Source of the DNA: Octopus sinensis
Taxonomy: Eukaryota
Direction: 5' to 3'
Assembly: GCF_006345805.1 (NCBI RefSeq)
Contig: NC_043012.1
Span: forward strand, 50,716,001-50,780,000
DNA length: 64,000 nucleotides
Shown: positions 1 to 12,813 of the stretch, piece by piece
How positions within the stretch are numbered: the first letter of the stretch is position 1
How the letters are laid out: every line of letters starts with the position of its first letter
Position numbers and translations under genes: made by a program
The notes under the pieces: model-generated
The model's database searches: none
What the model was told of the DNA's origin: nothing
Seen by the model: the letters and a program-made list of their open reading frames with translations, nothing else

Positions 1-311
1 TTTGAATCCAGCGTCACGATTTCTTTTCTCCTGATTTTTCGTGTACCAGTGTCCCCATCTTCAAACAGAACAGACCATGTTCTCCTAACCCGAATATTGT
101 TTGGAGACAGAAGGTATGTTATAAAACCATGTCTAGACACATGTCTTCACCGTAGGAAAATATTAGTAGCTCGTACCTTTATACTGTGTAATTAAATAAT
201 ATTTATTTCTCACAATACATGGAGTACTTTTTGTTGATCTTAATGAGACAATAAAATATATATTTATATATATAGTGGATGGTTGGGTGCATCCGTAAGT
301 ATATGGCTACA

Positions 312-498
312 TATAGGAAGAATTCACAAAAAAAAGACGAAGATAGGTGGTGTAGATAACAAACAGATGTATTATTGTAACGCTCGGGAAAGGAAAAAGT
401 CTTTAACGTTTCGAGCCTACGCTCTTCCACAGAAAGGAACACAGAAAGAAACAAGGAGAGAAAATAAAGAATGTGTAGTGGCTAGCGATCTATCATGG
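312..498 (+). repeat. Short interspersed repeat (family X), copy 1; carries a GAAGAGC-loop-GCTCGAAAC motif on the minus strand
   Basis: Aligns by eye in reverse complement with 45773-45970 (e.g. aacgtttcgagcctacgctcttccacagaaagg here vs cctttctgtagaagagcttaggctcgaaacgt there). Confidence 0.75.
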
Positions 499-2663
499 CG
501 TACATTTATATACACTTACGTACATACATGCATGCATGCATACATTAATACACGTATATGTTTTTAATTTATGTATGGAGCTGCAGATTAATTTCGAAAT
601 AGTGAGCGTAGTTAATATGTAACAGGAAATATTCAATAATACAAAGTAAAGAAACAGTTCTTGCCGTTCTCTTCTCCATAATCCATAATTTCATAATCCA
701 TTACTCATGGATGATAACCTCTAAAAGAAACAATACTGCAAAAATTACAGTAAAAAAATAATCCATTTAACAAATATGCTAAATTAATGCATTACGTGAT
801 GAAAAGAAGAAACGTATTTCAAGGTTTTATGCATAAAACAATTAGTTAATCAACTATTGTTTCCAAAATCGATTTGGTTTCCTTTCACCTAAGGACATCA
901 CAGCCACATTGTTATTCCATGGCAATTTCTCATCAGACCCCTTGTATACATACGGCGGTTATATTTACACGAGCTCACTATGATTCCTGTCAAACATTTT
1001 CAGTATTTCCCTGCTTCCAACGTTTATGCTTACATGTCCACTTACGTATGTACTTTACCTCCCCTCCTTTACTCATCACTCAGTCTTCTCTCATATACAC
1101 ATCAATTCACAAAATGTTAAAATTGAAATTTGCTGACTCAGCAACATATTTCTCTCCATTGCACTTTAGCGAATATAAGTGACTGCTTATTTCACACTCT
1201 TCCTTCAGAAACATTAAACAAACCTGTTACACTTCCATTCTGTTGACTGTAGGCCTTTCCCTATACTAAAAGTAAACTCTTCTCCTGACACCTTCTATTT
1301 TCCTATTTTTCACCCAAGAAAAAACAATTGATATATTAAAAGCGCAAATTGCTTCTCTTATTTCGTGACAATACAAAAAAAAAAAAAGGTAATTTTATTG
1401 CATCGCAAATGATTGTATGCGTATATAATAAAGTATATGTACATATGTATATACATGGATCACTCTCTCTCTCTCTTTATCTCTCTCTACCTCTCTTTCT
1501 ACCTATCTATCTCTATCTATTTATCTATATATCATATGTGACTGTATGTATATGTATAAGCATGCGTGAGGAGAATTTCAGTTTTCATTTATTAAAAAAT
1601 ACTAACTGGGAATTTTCGAAACTTACATGAAGGACTTATATGTTTACTTGTATGTTGTGTTGAGTTATTACTCACCGGGTTATAGTCCATGCTTCAATCA
1701 TCTTCCGTTATACGTTCAAATAATGATTTAATAAACTTTATCCTTCGGAGCTCTACTAATTAAATATAATAAAGATACACGTACTCTATACGCAATTTCG
1801 TTCAATTGTTTCCGTTGAGACTTTCCCAACAAAATTAACATCTAAATGAATTACTATACTCTATCGTTTTTCAAGTAGGAGGTTTAATATTTTTTCGTGT
1901 GGTTTTTAATTAATCTTCCGGCTTGTTTTCCATGTTTCGTGTCTACCACACATACACACTTATACACACTCTTATGCGTGAGTGTTTCTGTGTATGTTTG
2001 TGCGTATGTACTTACGTATATAAATGCATGTGTATAGACATGTATGAATTTATCTATGAAAGCGTATGCGTGTTTTCATCATAATTTGGGCTTCTGTAAA
2101 ATTACACAATATTAATTACAAAATATAGTTGGAAGTTTTCCTCGAAGACTATAAAATTTTGTAATCAGGTGCTGATAAACAATGTTATTTGTGTACTCAT
2201 ATAATTAATGTAAAAATACTTAATCTATAATAGTAGTTTGTAACACTAGTTCCATTTCTGTTGAAGACTCAGTAGAACGTCCTAACATCCATCGTAATCT
2301 CATCGAATAAACTGGCTTAAGAATTAAACCTATCTATAAAATATAGAATAAAAATAATCGTATTAAGATTCATGGTTACAAAGTCCATTCATTTTATGAT
2401 CCACTGGGAAAATTTAATAAGAGATACAGTGACTTAGGAAGAGCGAGAGGCGGGGGGAAGAAAGTGAGAGAAACACAGAGAGAGAGAGAAAGAAAGAGAG
2501 ATGAAGAAAGAAAGAATGAAAGAATGAAAAAACAAAGAGAGAGATAGTGAGAGAGAGAAATCAGGTATTTTTTGCTGACGAAGATTAAGAAATTGAACCT
2601 CCCTGCCAATTCTATGCCTCCATGTTTGAGTCGCCTGTCTTCTTAGACAACCACTAAACGTAC

Positions 2664-2730
2664 CCAAGAGCAAGTTGTACCACCCATGCACATAATTTGA
2701 TCCTTCGAAGTGCTTCTGCATAAGCTTTGT
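2664..2730 (-). CDS. Candidate coding exon 2 of an unknown secreted protein: (R)QSLCRSTSKDQIMCMGGTTCSW
   Basis: Acceptor ttttgcattccgttttatag|A and donor TGG|gtacgt. The 67-nt exon is phase-compatible with the phase-2 donor at 3956. All three frames are open here, so the frame is inferred from exon 1. Confidence 0.35.
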
Positions 2731-3955
2731 CTATAAAACGGAATGCAAAATTCTTGGATCGAAAACATATCTCATTGTTAACGTGCAGTTAATCTCAATA
2801 ACACCATTTGTTTTCCACTGCACTGCAAATTGTTTGAAGGCAGTTGTAACATATTAGCAGTTGTAAAATTATCATAGTTTGCAACAAAACTATTTTTGCC
2901 ACACGCTACAGGGCTAAAAAGGTTAAAATGGTTCTGAAAATAGTGTTCCTACAGCAATTTCACGACAGTTCGAATAAAATTGAACGTTTCTTATTTAATC
3001 TCACAAATGTTACAAGAGCAATTAATATTGTCAAATTTATTCCATTTGAATTTGCAAGAAAACAACATGGTTTAATAATTGAGTAGATGTTATTCTCGTA
3101 GCTCTATTGTGTACAAACTGCATAACCCTGTCTAACTATTATTTGCATATTTATTGTTCATAATACTGCGCGTGGGGGCACAACTATTTTTGGTTAATAA
3201 TATGTCTTCGTAGTTAAAGCGCTAAACTGTATGAAATAAAACCATGTCAAGTATTTCGCTTCTTTTTCGAGTCATGTGTGTCTCTAAATCATACAAATAA
3301 ATAAACAAAAATCAGAGATTTACAAAACAGATTCTATTTAAAGTCAGTAACTGCTATTTCATATATAGACCGATGTCGTTCAGCCTAATAAAATGTCTGA
3401 AATACATTTATGCCACTGATACTCTTTTCTGTGCGTGATTGAGTGTGTGTTTGTGAGAGAGAGAGAGAGAGAGTCAGCGACAGACAGACAGATGGAGATA
3501 GTGTGTGTCTGATTGTGCTTGTGAGTGTTTGTGTTCATGTGTATGTGTTTGTGTGGTGTGATTACATTATAATGGTTTTAGAACACATTCTTTGATAGGA
3601 AACTGTAAACTTAATGTTAATGTCAGAATGTTTTCTCGTAATGTAACTAAAACTCTTACATCCGGGTGTCCACATATTCATTTATTTTTAGTAATGAACT
3701 TTTTCGGAGTGTTGGTGTTTTACCGCTAAAATGGCTTCTTCAGTTACAAATAATAGGTAAAGAAGAAAGGAAATATTTGTTTTGTTGCAGTCGCTTGTAT
3801 TGCCATCAAGACTGGCTAATACAAACGACTGCTGTATACTTTATAGTGGAAAGAAGGAGACTGCTGGTCCACTAATTATTTCGAAACTCGAAAGGTGAAG
3901 AAATAATGCAAGCATCCAGAAGAGTTTCTTGTTTCAATAAAGTTCCTATGCTTAC

Positions 3956-4056
3956 CTACCCTTCTCGTAGACCAACCCGTATGAACCTTGTACTTCAGAG
4001 TAATTCATGCAAAAGAAAAACAAAAGAACATTGACTGTTAGTGTGAAGTAAGGCAT
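3956..4056 (-). CDS. Candidate first coding exon: MPYFTLTVNVLLFFFCMNYSEVQGSYGLVYEKG (signal-peptide-like)
   Basis: ATG at 4056 with an in-frame TGA immediately upstream. Hydrophobic core VNVLLFFFC and a VQG|S-type cleavage motif. Consensus donor AG|gtaagc at 3956/3955. AG acceptors upstream at ~4094-4110. Confidence 0.4.
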
Positions 4057-4257
4057 TCAGGCTTTTGATATATATGGTATATGTACTAGGATACTGGGAT
4101 ACTGAAGACTGAGATATATATATTCATTCAACTTTAAAACAACCTTCGATGAAAATTTAACTCATCTTCCTATCCGAAATCGGACGCACTACTTTCCCAA
4201 TACATATATATACACGCACGGACAACTAAATCTGCATATACGTATATATATGAAAGT

Positions 4258-4266
4258 GTGTTTGTG

Positions 4267-4316
<50 letters not shown>

Positions 4317-4331
4317 CACACACACACACAC

Positions 4332-4376
<45 letters not shown>

Positions 4377-4440
4377 TTTACATCTGCATATATATCTAAG
4401 AATATATGTGTGTTTGTGCTTGTATGTATACATACACATA
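4258..4440. repeat. Compound (CA)n/(TA)n/(TG)n microsatellite
   Basis: Directly visible; explains the overlapping HT/YI/VC ORFs. Confidence 0.95.
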
Positions 4441-5669
4441 TACTACGAGTTGGACAAAATAATGGAAACACTTAGCATCATAGCATCATGATTTTGAAAT
4501 ATCAATAAAAACCGTCGAAATCTTGTTTAATTTTATGTATTTTCATTTATTATTAGGGTTGCTTAATATGTTTTGCTAAAATTGCTGTTTTTTTCCCAGA
4601 TTTTACCAGAAAATGCTAATTATAATTCATTATGAATAGAGATCTGTCGGACTTTCAAAGAGATCAAATTGTTGGTGCTTGTATGGAAGACGCTGGCCTA
4701 GTGAAAACAGCCGAAATGTTAGGTGTATCAAGACGTAATGTCTCTGAAGTAATGACAGCTTTTGAGAAAGAGGGAAAAACCTACTCGTCAACCTCCAGAA
4801 GAAAACCAAAATTTGAGCTAGGGTGCGTCGGACACTTAGGTGAAGTGCTACACAGGAGCACAAATGTACAGCTCCTACAAATACTGTAGAGCTTAATGAA
4901 CACCTCGAGAATCCAGTTTCCACAAATCTGTTCGTCGGGAGCTGCACAAAACCGGATTTCACGGGACGGCTGCAATCCTAAAGTCCCTATTTTCAAAAAT
5001 AAAAGTTGCAAAGCGTTTAGAGTGGAGTAAATCCTGCAGAACTTGCCTCTAGAACAGTGGAAGAATGATATTTTCCTAGCTGAGTATACGTGTGAGACAG
5101 ACATATGAAGCATTTGAGCCGGACTGCTTTCTTCCAAATGTTAAACATGGAGGAGGATATGTGATGATCTGCGGGTCTATATCTTAGAAATCCGCCGGTT
5201 CAATGCTTTCCCATCATGGCCGAATTAATAGTCAAGACTAATTAAGCATTTTATATGATCAAATTCATATTATGTTTACGGAAATGTTTCCTGAGGGAAA
5301 CGCAATATTTCAGGATAATAATGCACCAATTCACACAGCTAAAAACAGTTATTACTGATTGGCACGAGGATCATTCTAGTGAAGTTGAACATCTTCTCTG
5401 ACCACCACAGTTTCAAGATCTCAATATTATTGAACATTTATGATTCATTTTAGAAAAACAAGTAAGGAGTCGATATCCTCCACCGTCACCACTACAAGAA
5501 CTGGAGACTGTTTTGGCTGAAGAATAGACAAAAATTCAATTCAAACTTTGTGCGAGTCCATACCTTGTAGAATTCAAGCTGTAATACTGCCAAAGGTGGT
5601 CCTACACCATATTAAAAGAAATATGTTTGAAATGTTAATGTGTTTCCATTATTTTGTCCAACTTCTGTA
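4441..5669 (+). mobile_element. Tc1-family DNA transposon, full length, degenerate
   Basis: TIRs gagttggacaaaataatggaaacac (4447-4471) and gtgtttccattattttgtccaacttctg (5640-5667), followed by TA. Encloses a transposase pseudogene. Confidence 0.92.
4632..5615 (+). pseudogene. Tc1 (DD34E-type) transposase pseudogene
   Basis: N-terminus MNRDLSDFQRDQIVGA..KTAEMLGVSR, then VKHGGG, FQDNNAPIH, DLNIIEH and C-terminal GGPTPY*. Multiple frameshifts and stops. Confidence 0.92.
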
Positions 5670-5888
5670 TATGCAAATGCATATATATATATATTCACAC
5701 ATACATACATCATATATATATATATATATATTTTATATATAGAGGGCATTATACATACATGCCAGGAGGCATTATACATACATGCCAAACGCTAAGAGGG
5801 ACAATCAGTCATTTCTACCAAAAATATTACTAATCCCACCGAATGCAATTTTTCAAAGTAAGACATTTAAAAATATAGACATTTAAAA

Positions 5889-5941
<53 letters not shown>

Positions 5942-8627
5942 ATATATTATATATATATATATATATTTGTCTGGGCGTGGCTGCCTGTGCATATCTGCTT
6001 GTATGTGTGTTTATGCTGCTCAAATTATCTAGGGAGAGAAAAATTAACACTTAACCATTTCTGATATTGAGAAACCTGAAATAGATATCCTGTTCTTCAC
6101 AATGCTACTGTTCATCTGATTTTCTTTATCATTGCATTACGAAAGATTTCGTGGATATAGAATACATATGAACAGGACCGAAGCATGAAAAAGGAAAATA
6201 ACTTATATGGTCATTGATATCTAGAAACATAATTCAGTATATTAGAAAAATAAATTATATATTATATAATTCGAAACGAAAACAAATGTATCCTTTCAAG
6301 AATTACAAACGTATGTATGATGAAAGTTTATTTCTGGTTAGTGTAGGTTTATGAATATAAGAGGAAATTATTCTCCTTGGTACGACGCTAGTCTGCTGCT
6401 AGTGAACTTTTGAGAACTTATCGAGCAAACCTTTTCCAGCTAGGGAAATTGAGACATGTGAAATCAATAATTTTGCTAAACAATATAATACATAATAATA
6501 TTTATTTGCTATGAAGTTGACATCAAAAATAAAGCAAACCATGGAATAGAGCTGCCACCCAACGGAAACCAAGGAAACATATTTTCATTCACTTTTTACA
6601 TGAATGTTGAATATGTTGTTATAGCATTGATCAATTTTCAATACTTTTCTAGAATATAACCTATTTCTACATATATATGTATATTTATTCAACTAGCTTA
6701 TGCGAAATAGATATTTCTACACAGACGTAACTCAAACAGATAAATGTAAGAATAACTACTCTTTATTTCACCGTTGTTTCAATGTTATGTATTCAGGGAT
6801 TTGCTCTAGGAATCTAAAATCAGTGTATGTAAAATGCTGTAGTTTTTGTATTCCGGTTATTATATTGCCAGCGTGCTTTATTACGATCGTATTGTCTGAA
6901 CAAAGTAAACGATGAATTTTACAATCCACGGGAAATGGCCTCGTCAGACTTGCATCTCTGTTTATATGTTATTCTCAGAAGTGAATAGAAATTTTCGACC
7001 ACCAGAGCAGAAGATAAATTGTGTTGGGATTTATAGCAGAAACTAGGTAAACAAGCAAATGAATGGAGATTATATATAAGCAGTTTTTACCAATTATAGA
7101 AAAATAATTGCTTGGTTTTATGTAGGCAATAGAGAAGGAAAAAATCATAAAACATAATATATATCTAAACAACTCTAACTATAAGTGTGTGTGTTTGTAT
7201 GTGTGTGTGCTTCTGTACGCGTGTGCACGTGCATGTGTGTGTGTGTGTGCAAACGGGCTTCTACGTATATGTGTGAATGTGCATATACATATATAAGTAT
7301 CTTTGTTCAATATAGCTGATTATAGACATTAACTTTGCGTCCAATCAAACATGCTAAATAACACGTAACATAGATAGCCGTGTCAGCAGTGTTGCTCCAA
7401 ATTAACCAACAGAAATTAACAGTGAACAATTAAAATACGAAAAATACAAAATAAGGAAAAAGTTTTCATTTGATTTGTACACAATAAAAGTCACGAAAAA
7501 TCAGCATAATTATAAAACCTAAATGTCATTTGTCAACATAATTTCTTCTCAAATGCTTAATAGCAGGGAAATAAAATCTAGTTTGGAGCATAATATTATT
7601 ATACACACTTCCAAATATAATGCAGTTAGCTTTTATTTGATACAAAAGATTATATTTTGAATGTCAATAATCGTTTGCTGTTATTTCATATTCCAATTTG
7701 CAACTCACAGTATACTAACATGACTGAGCTTATAAATTGGTGTGTACCAATTTCATCATTAATAAAATCAAAGATAAAACTTTCTGTCTTAATTTCTTTA
7801 ACGTAACTTGAAACTGACAGTGGCGTCATTGGAAGTCATATGTGGTCAACAATACGCGAAATCTTAATGTTCAGAACGAAGAAGCTGTGTAGTTAAGCGA
7901 TGACGTTTAAGTAATACAAATTCATTTTGACAAACCACATACACAAATTTTACAACAGATCGGATAAAATTAACCGAATCGATTGGCTTGTGTCTTGCTT
8001 CTCTGTATTTTTGTGGTAGTGTTTACATAAAGTGCATTAAAATAAAAGCCTACTGAATGTGTACAAAAACCATAATAATGGATTGTACATGTTTCAGAAA
8101 ATATAGCAGCAAACATGCTAAATTTTTGAGCTTCTTAAATCTGTAAGAAGAATTGCTAGAAATATCAAATCCTTTGATAGTGTAGTCAGTGGGCCTATCA
8201 AAAACGGCAGTTTAGATCTTCATATATGTCATCTTAATACAAATGTATTGAGAATTTATAAACCCTCCCTCCTGCTTTAGCTTCTAATATATTTTACTTC
8301 ATCTCGTTGTCGTGAGCCATAGGAAACAAAACTATGCAAACTAGGCTATCTGCAATTCCGGTGGACTAACATACGACTGGTTTACGCAGCAGCTCATATA
8401 TTTATTGAAGCATAAGGCAAATCATTCTTCCGTAACTCAACAAACAGCGGAACGGTACTTAGAGAGACAACTTACTTTTTACCAAAAATCAACCGAATGT
8501 AAAAATGCATTTCATATCGTTACAATCGCAGTGAGGTTTTCTTATATTTAAATTTATTTCGATTTTCTAATCTATACAGAGTTCATATTGTTGCCTGTGC
8601 ATCGTGTAAGCATGTCTCCCTCCACCA

Positions 8628-8960
<333 letters not shown>

Positions 8961-9550
8961 AATGCTCCCCCATACGAATGGTTGCACCAAGTGTGTTAGA
9001 AATCATCATCCCAGCTAAAGTCAGGCAAGACGCAAGAGTGCAGCAGCTAAAATATATATCATATTATATACTGATATATATTCTTTTATATATCGATGAC
9101 ACCATTATAAATCATTTCATGCTTCATTCTTTGCTTCTTGCGGTTTTATTAATGTCTCCTTTGTATGAAGGGCTTGAGCTGTAGTGTATCATGTGTGTTA
9201 TTAGTGGTATGATATTTGTTGTTTTTCTCCAAAACAACTGAAATCTATAAAATATTTGGGTGTGTATTTGGGCGAATGGGAACATGGCATTATACTGTAT
9301 TCATTGGTATGAACTAAATATTATTAACTGATATTCCTAAAAATAATGATAGTGTTCATCACGTGACATTGCATATCAGATCAAAATTTATTGGTTCTCC
9401 GTTTTATGTAAGCGAACAGCAACATATACATAAAATATATACATATGTTAACCTAACGCCACGTACGCAAACACACCAGAATTAATAAGCATGCGTGTTT
9501 ATCCTTCAGAATACACACACATACACACACACATGCATATATATATATAT

Positions 9551-9604
<54 letters not shown>

Positions 9605-9719
9605 GTAAGTATATATATATATAAATATATATATAATTATGTATATATATATATAAATATATATATATGTATGTATGTGTGTGTGTGTATGCATGTATAT
9701 ATATATATATATATACAAT

Positions 9720-9875
9720 TTCTTGTATTTCTGGATAGTCCTTTTTCCTTGTTGCCAAATAAACGCACGCACTATTTGGCAAAAAGAGAAAAAAAAACAC
9801 GACCGTCCCGAAATGCAACAATATCTGTTTCAACACATAGTATTGTCTCTGGAATCTTGTAACACAAATTCATAA
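9720..9875 (+). repeat. Short interspersed repeat (family Y), related to 38340-38475
   Basis: accgtcccgaaatgcaacaatatctgtttcaacaca here vs accattccgaaatataacaatatatgtttcaacaca at ~38417-38450. Both copies are flanked by (TA)n. Confidence 0.55.
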
Positions 9876-9880
9876 ATGTT

Positions 9881-9928
<48 letters not shown>

Positions 9929-9943
9929 TATATGATTTTATTT

Positions 9944-10320
9944 GTTTCAGTTATTTGACTACAGCCATGTTGGAGCACCGCTTTTAGTCGAACAAATCTG
10001 TTCCCGGATTATTCTTTGTAAGCCTAATACTTATTCTATCGGTCTCTTTTGCCGAATTGCTAATGTATGGGGACATCAACACCCCAAGATCGGTTTTCAA
10101 GCGATAATGGGGGACAAGCAAACATATACACACGCATATTTATACATATATATTTGCACATACGACGCACTTCTTTCAGTTTCCATCTGACAAATCCACT
10201 TACAAGGCTTTGGTCAGCGTGAGGCTATAGTAGAACATATTTGCCCACAGTGCCACGCAGTGGGACTAAACCCGGAACCGTATGCTTGATAAGCAAGGTA
10301 CCTACCACACAGTCGCACCT
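9944..10320 (-). mobile_element. tRNA-derived SINE family A, older full-length copy
   Basis: Head (ggttccgggtttagtcccactgcgtggcac on minus), central gacgcttctttcagtttcc-type segment and 3' tail gcggtgctccaacatggctgtagtcaaataactgaaac. Matches the copy at 19607-20024. Confidence 0.85.
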
Positions 10321-10991
10321 ATATGTGTTTGTGTGTGTATGTGTGTATGCATTTATGTATGTAAGTTTTTATGCATGTATATATTTAATAAAACACATTC
10401 CTTTGATTTGTACTGTGCATCTCCTTTTGATGGGCTGTTCACGAAAATGGAGGGAAGAGGAAAATATAGAATTCATATAGAGCTCAGTTTTATGGAGGCA
10501 CGTCCATGCACAAAGCATGAATAACGAGAGTGCATAATTTGATGGATTGTAGCTACCGAAATTACAACATTCTAGTAAAAAAATTTTTTAATGATTTTTT
10601 TCATTGAAATATATATGCATTGTTCTGGGGCAACTCAGATACAGGTTGAAAGATCCCTTTATAGCTTACTACGAGGATATGATATTCCTTGTAATTGAGT
10701 ATATTGTACTGTTCTTCCTATACTACACTCATAGTGAAGAAGATACAAGTAAAACCCTCGAAAAGGTGATGCAAATATGCAACCTGGCACACCTATAGTT
10801 TAAAATCGAAATGCACTTTAAAATCGAAAATGGCAGCCAAAATACAAGATAGTGTGCAACATTAAAAACTAATAGTTGCGCTGAACAGGATATAAGTTTT
10901 ATATTTTGCACAAAGTGCCTTACATTTACCTTTCGAAGGATTTTCCTACTACATTCTTCACCAATTCAGGTTATTCAGATTTCATCACCAA

Positions 10992-11245
10992 TCAGATGCA
11001 TGGACAGACACAGTGGGAAGTAAAAGGAAGGGCTGACTTCCTGCATGTGCAACGTCCTGCACACTCAGTTTTGCATTGGCACTTTTTAAGTGCTTGGCAT
11101 TGTTCTGCTATGACCTGTAATTCAGTCCAGTGAATAGTAAATATGCTATAGTCATTTTTCCACGCCAACGTGTTTTGTCATAGTCTTGCTGGCTTCGTCT
11201 GGAGATCCTTTGCGCCATATGTGCCCCACCTGATATGTATAACCT
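10992..11245 (-). pseudogene. C-terminal fragment of a CXC (tesmin-like) Cys-tailed, transposon-associated ORF
   Basis: Manual translation: YQVGHIW...(frameshift)..AWKNDYSIFTIHWTELQVIAEQCQALKKCQCKTECAGRCTCRKSALPFTSHCVCPCI*. This matches the pattern Q.GH.W..W.W...WT.L...C..L.KC.CK..C.GRC.C.K..L..T..C.C that I recall from repetitive invertebrate ORFs. Superfamily not assigned. Confidence 0.7.
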
Positions 11246-11454
11246 GAATTAGTGAAGAGGAGAGTAAAACAAATCCTTCAAAAGGTAAACATAAAGCTAT
11301 TTGTGTAAAATTTTGCATAATAAATAACGTTTATCAGAAAAAAACTTATTTCCTGTACATCGCAATCATTAATTTTTAATGTTGGACGCCAGCTTGGGTT
11401 TTAAAATGCAATGTATCTAGAAGGGCCATTTTCTGGATCTTAAGCTAATAATAG

Positions 11455-11555
11455 AGCCTGCAGAAACGTGAGCACGCTGAGCGAAATGTTTAGCAGTATT
11501 TCGTCCGTCGCTTCATTCGCATTTCAAATTCCGCCGAGGTCAGCTTTGTTTTTCA
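11455..11555 (+). mobile_element. SINE family B, degenerate 5' fragment
   Basis: gcgaaatgtttagcagtatttcgtcc...ttcaaattccgccgaggtcagctttg matches the copy at 52879-53097. Confidence 0.75.
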
Positions 11556-11579
11556 TCGCTTCAGGGTCGAAAAATGAAG

Positions 11580-12135
11580 TTTTCTTGGTGTTAGAAGTAA
11601 AGCTTGATAGTTCTCTTATACTTTTATTCCCTCTAAATGCTACAATAGGCGTCTGCGGAAGTATCTCTTTGAAACGAGGATATTTTTTCCGCAACATGCT
11701 GGTAACCTTCATGCAACACGACACGTAATCATTAAAAAATTTCTGTTACATATTGTACACTGTTTGCTAAACCTACGCATAAAGGTTTGACTTCCTTTGC
11801 TAATCTTAGCTATGCCATTTGCTATTTCATTTAATCGTAATACACTGTAAACCTCGTTTGACATAATGGTGTACAAAAGCTTTTCTATGTTTTCAGTAAT
11901 ACCTTACGTCAGTACAAATCCTTTCTAGCCTAAAAATCTGGATTTTAGATTTGACCGAAGTATATGATGTGGATGATCGGAGCAACGATGGAGGTAAATG
12001 TGGGATGACGTGGGTTTGCAAAATGACTCTGTCATTATTCTGCTTTCAGAAAACTAATTTTTTGTGTCCAAAAATTCAACGCTAATTTTTGAAAAACTAG
12101 ACGTAAATTTTATGTTGGAGTTAAAGCCATAGATT
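11580..12135 (-). mobile_element. Penelope-like element (PLE): RT C-terminal/thumb and linker segment
   Basis: Manual translation: NSNIKFTSSFSKISVEFLDTKISF..FCKPTSSHIYLHRCSDHP..QIFRLERICTD..HYVKRG..KYPRFKEILPQTPIVAFRGNKSIREL. These are the PLE motifs IKFT..FLD, KPT..YLH..S.HP, LRRIC, KRGY and P.VAFRR.K.LRD. Confidence 0.85.
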
Positions 12136-12139
12136 TTAG

Positions 12140-12560
12140 CAGTCAAAGAAATGAAAGATTACTGGAAAGCGCTGTTCACTGTGCAACACCATAAGGCAAG
12201 TGAATTCCATCAGTAATATCAACAGAAATGGTATTATGTGTAAAAAAGGTGGGATGTGTAGAGATTGCTATCTGGTGTAAGCAGCAGAATGCACAAAACA
12301 AATTGATTCATGATGATTGCATAAAAGAGCAATTAAGCAAAAATTCAATGGGCAGAGATATGATGTCAGGCACAATAACAGTAGTTCGAAAGTACTTGCC
12401 AAACCTTTTGCATCAAACGGCTGCAATTTTGAAAAAGACTTGAAAGCGCATATTCTCAGAAAATATTCTGAAACTGCTACACTTTCAGTACTCCAAATGT
12501 ACGAGGAGAAATATGTTTGCGGGTTGTTAACATCACACCCTAGAGTAATAAATAAAATGA
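12140..12560 (+). mobile_element. Penelope-like element: GIY-YIG endonuclease segment
   Basis: KRCSLCNTI..GGMCRDCYLV*AAECTK..KQKFNGQRYDVRHN..LAKPF..DLKAHIL..EEKYVCGLLTSHPRVINK. Contains the PLE CxxC, the CxxxxxVY.xxC and RFNGHR equivalents, and the E..I..L.T..P.GLN ending. Confidence 0.8.
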
Positions 12561-12689
12561 CGCATAAATGTTTGATTAAATATTCTTGCTATTTTTCCTC
12601 TTTCATTCCTTTACTATTTTCTTTCCTTTTTTCTTATCTTTTTTTCTCTTTCTTTATTTTTCTATTTCCCAGTTGAACTTCGAAGGCTG

Positions 12690-12778
12690 ATAATAATAAT
12701 AATAATATAATAATAATAATAATAATAATATAATAATAATATAATAATAATAATGATAATATAATAATAATAATAATA

Positions 12779-12813
<35 letters not shown>

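Noticed and set aside
874-1182. 102-aa ORF, and a minus frame PPYVYKGSDEKLPW that might continue a SARAF-like domain
   Set aside because: No usable splice acceptor, an in-frame stop immediately upstream, and the expected cysteines are missing.
1676-1845. Minus-strand gtgagt donor at ~1675 and nearby AG sites
   Set aside because: No open frame links a credible acceptor to this donor.
3790-3893. Plus-strand exon-like segment SLVLPSRLANTNDCCILYSGKKETAGPLIISKLER
   Set aside because: Weak donor (gtgaag), no recognisable homology and no linked exons.
4630-5137. Minus-strand ORFs of 110 and 118 aa
   Set aside because: Antisense frames of the Tc1 transposase pseudogene.
5745-5890. Small tandem duplications (ggcattatacatacatgcca x2; agacatttaaaaata x2)
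   Set aside because: Ordinary slippage duplications. Only two units each and no spacers, so not CRISPR-like.
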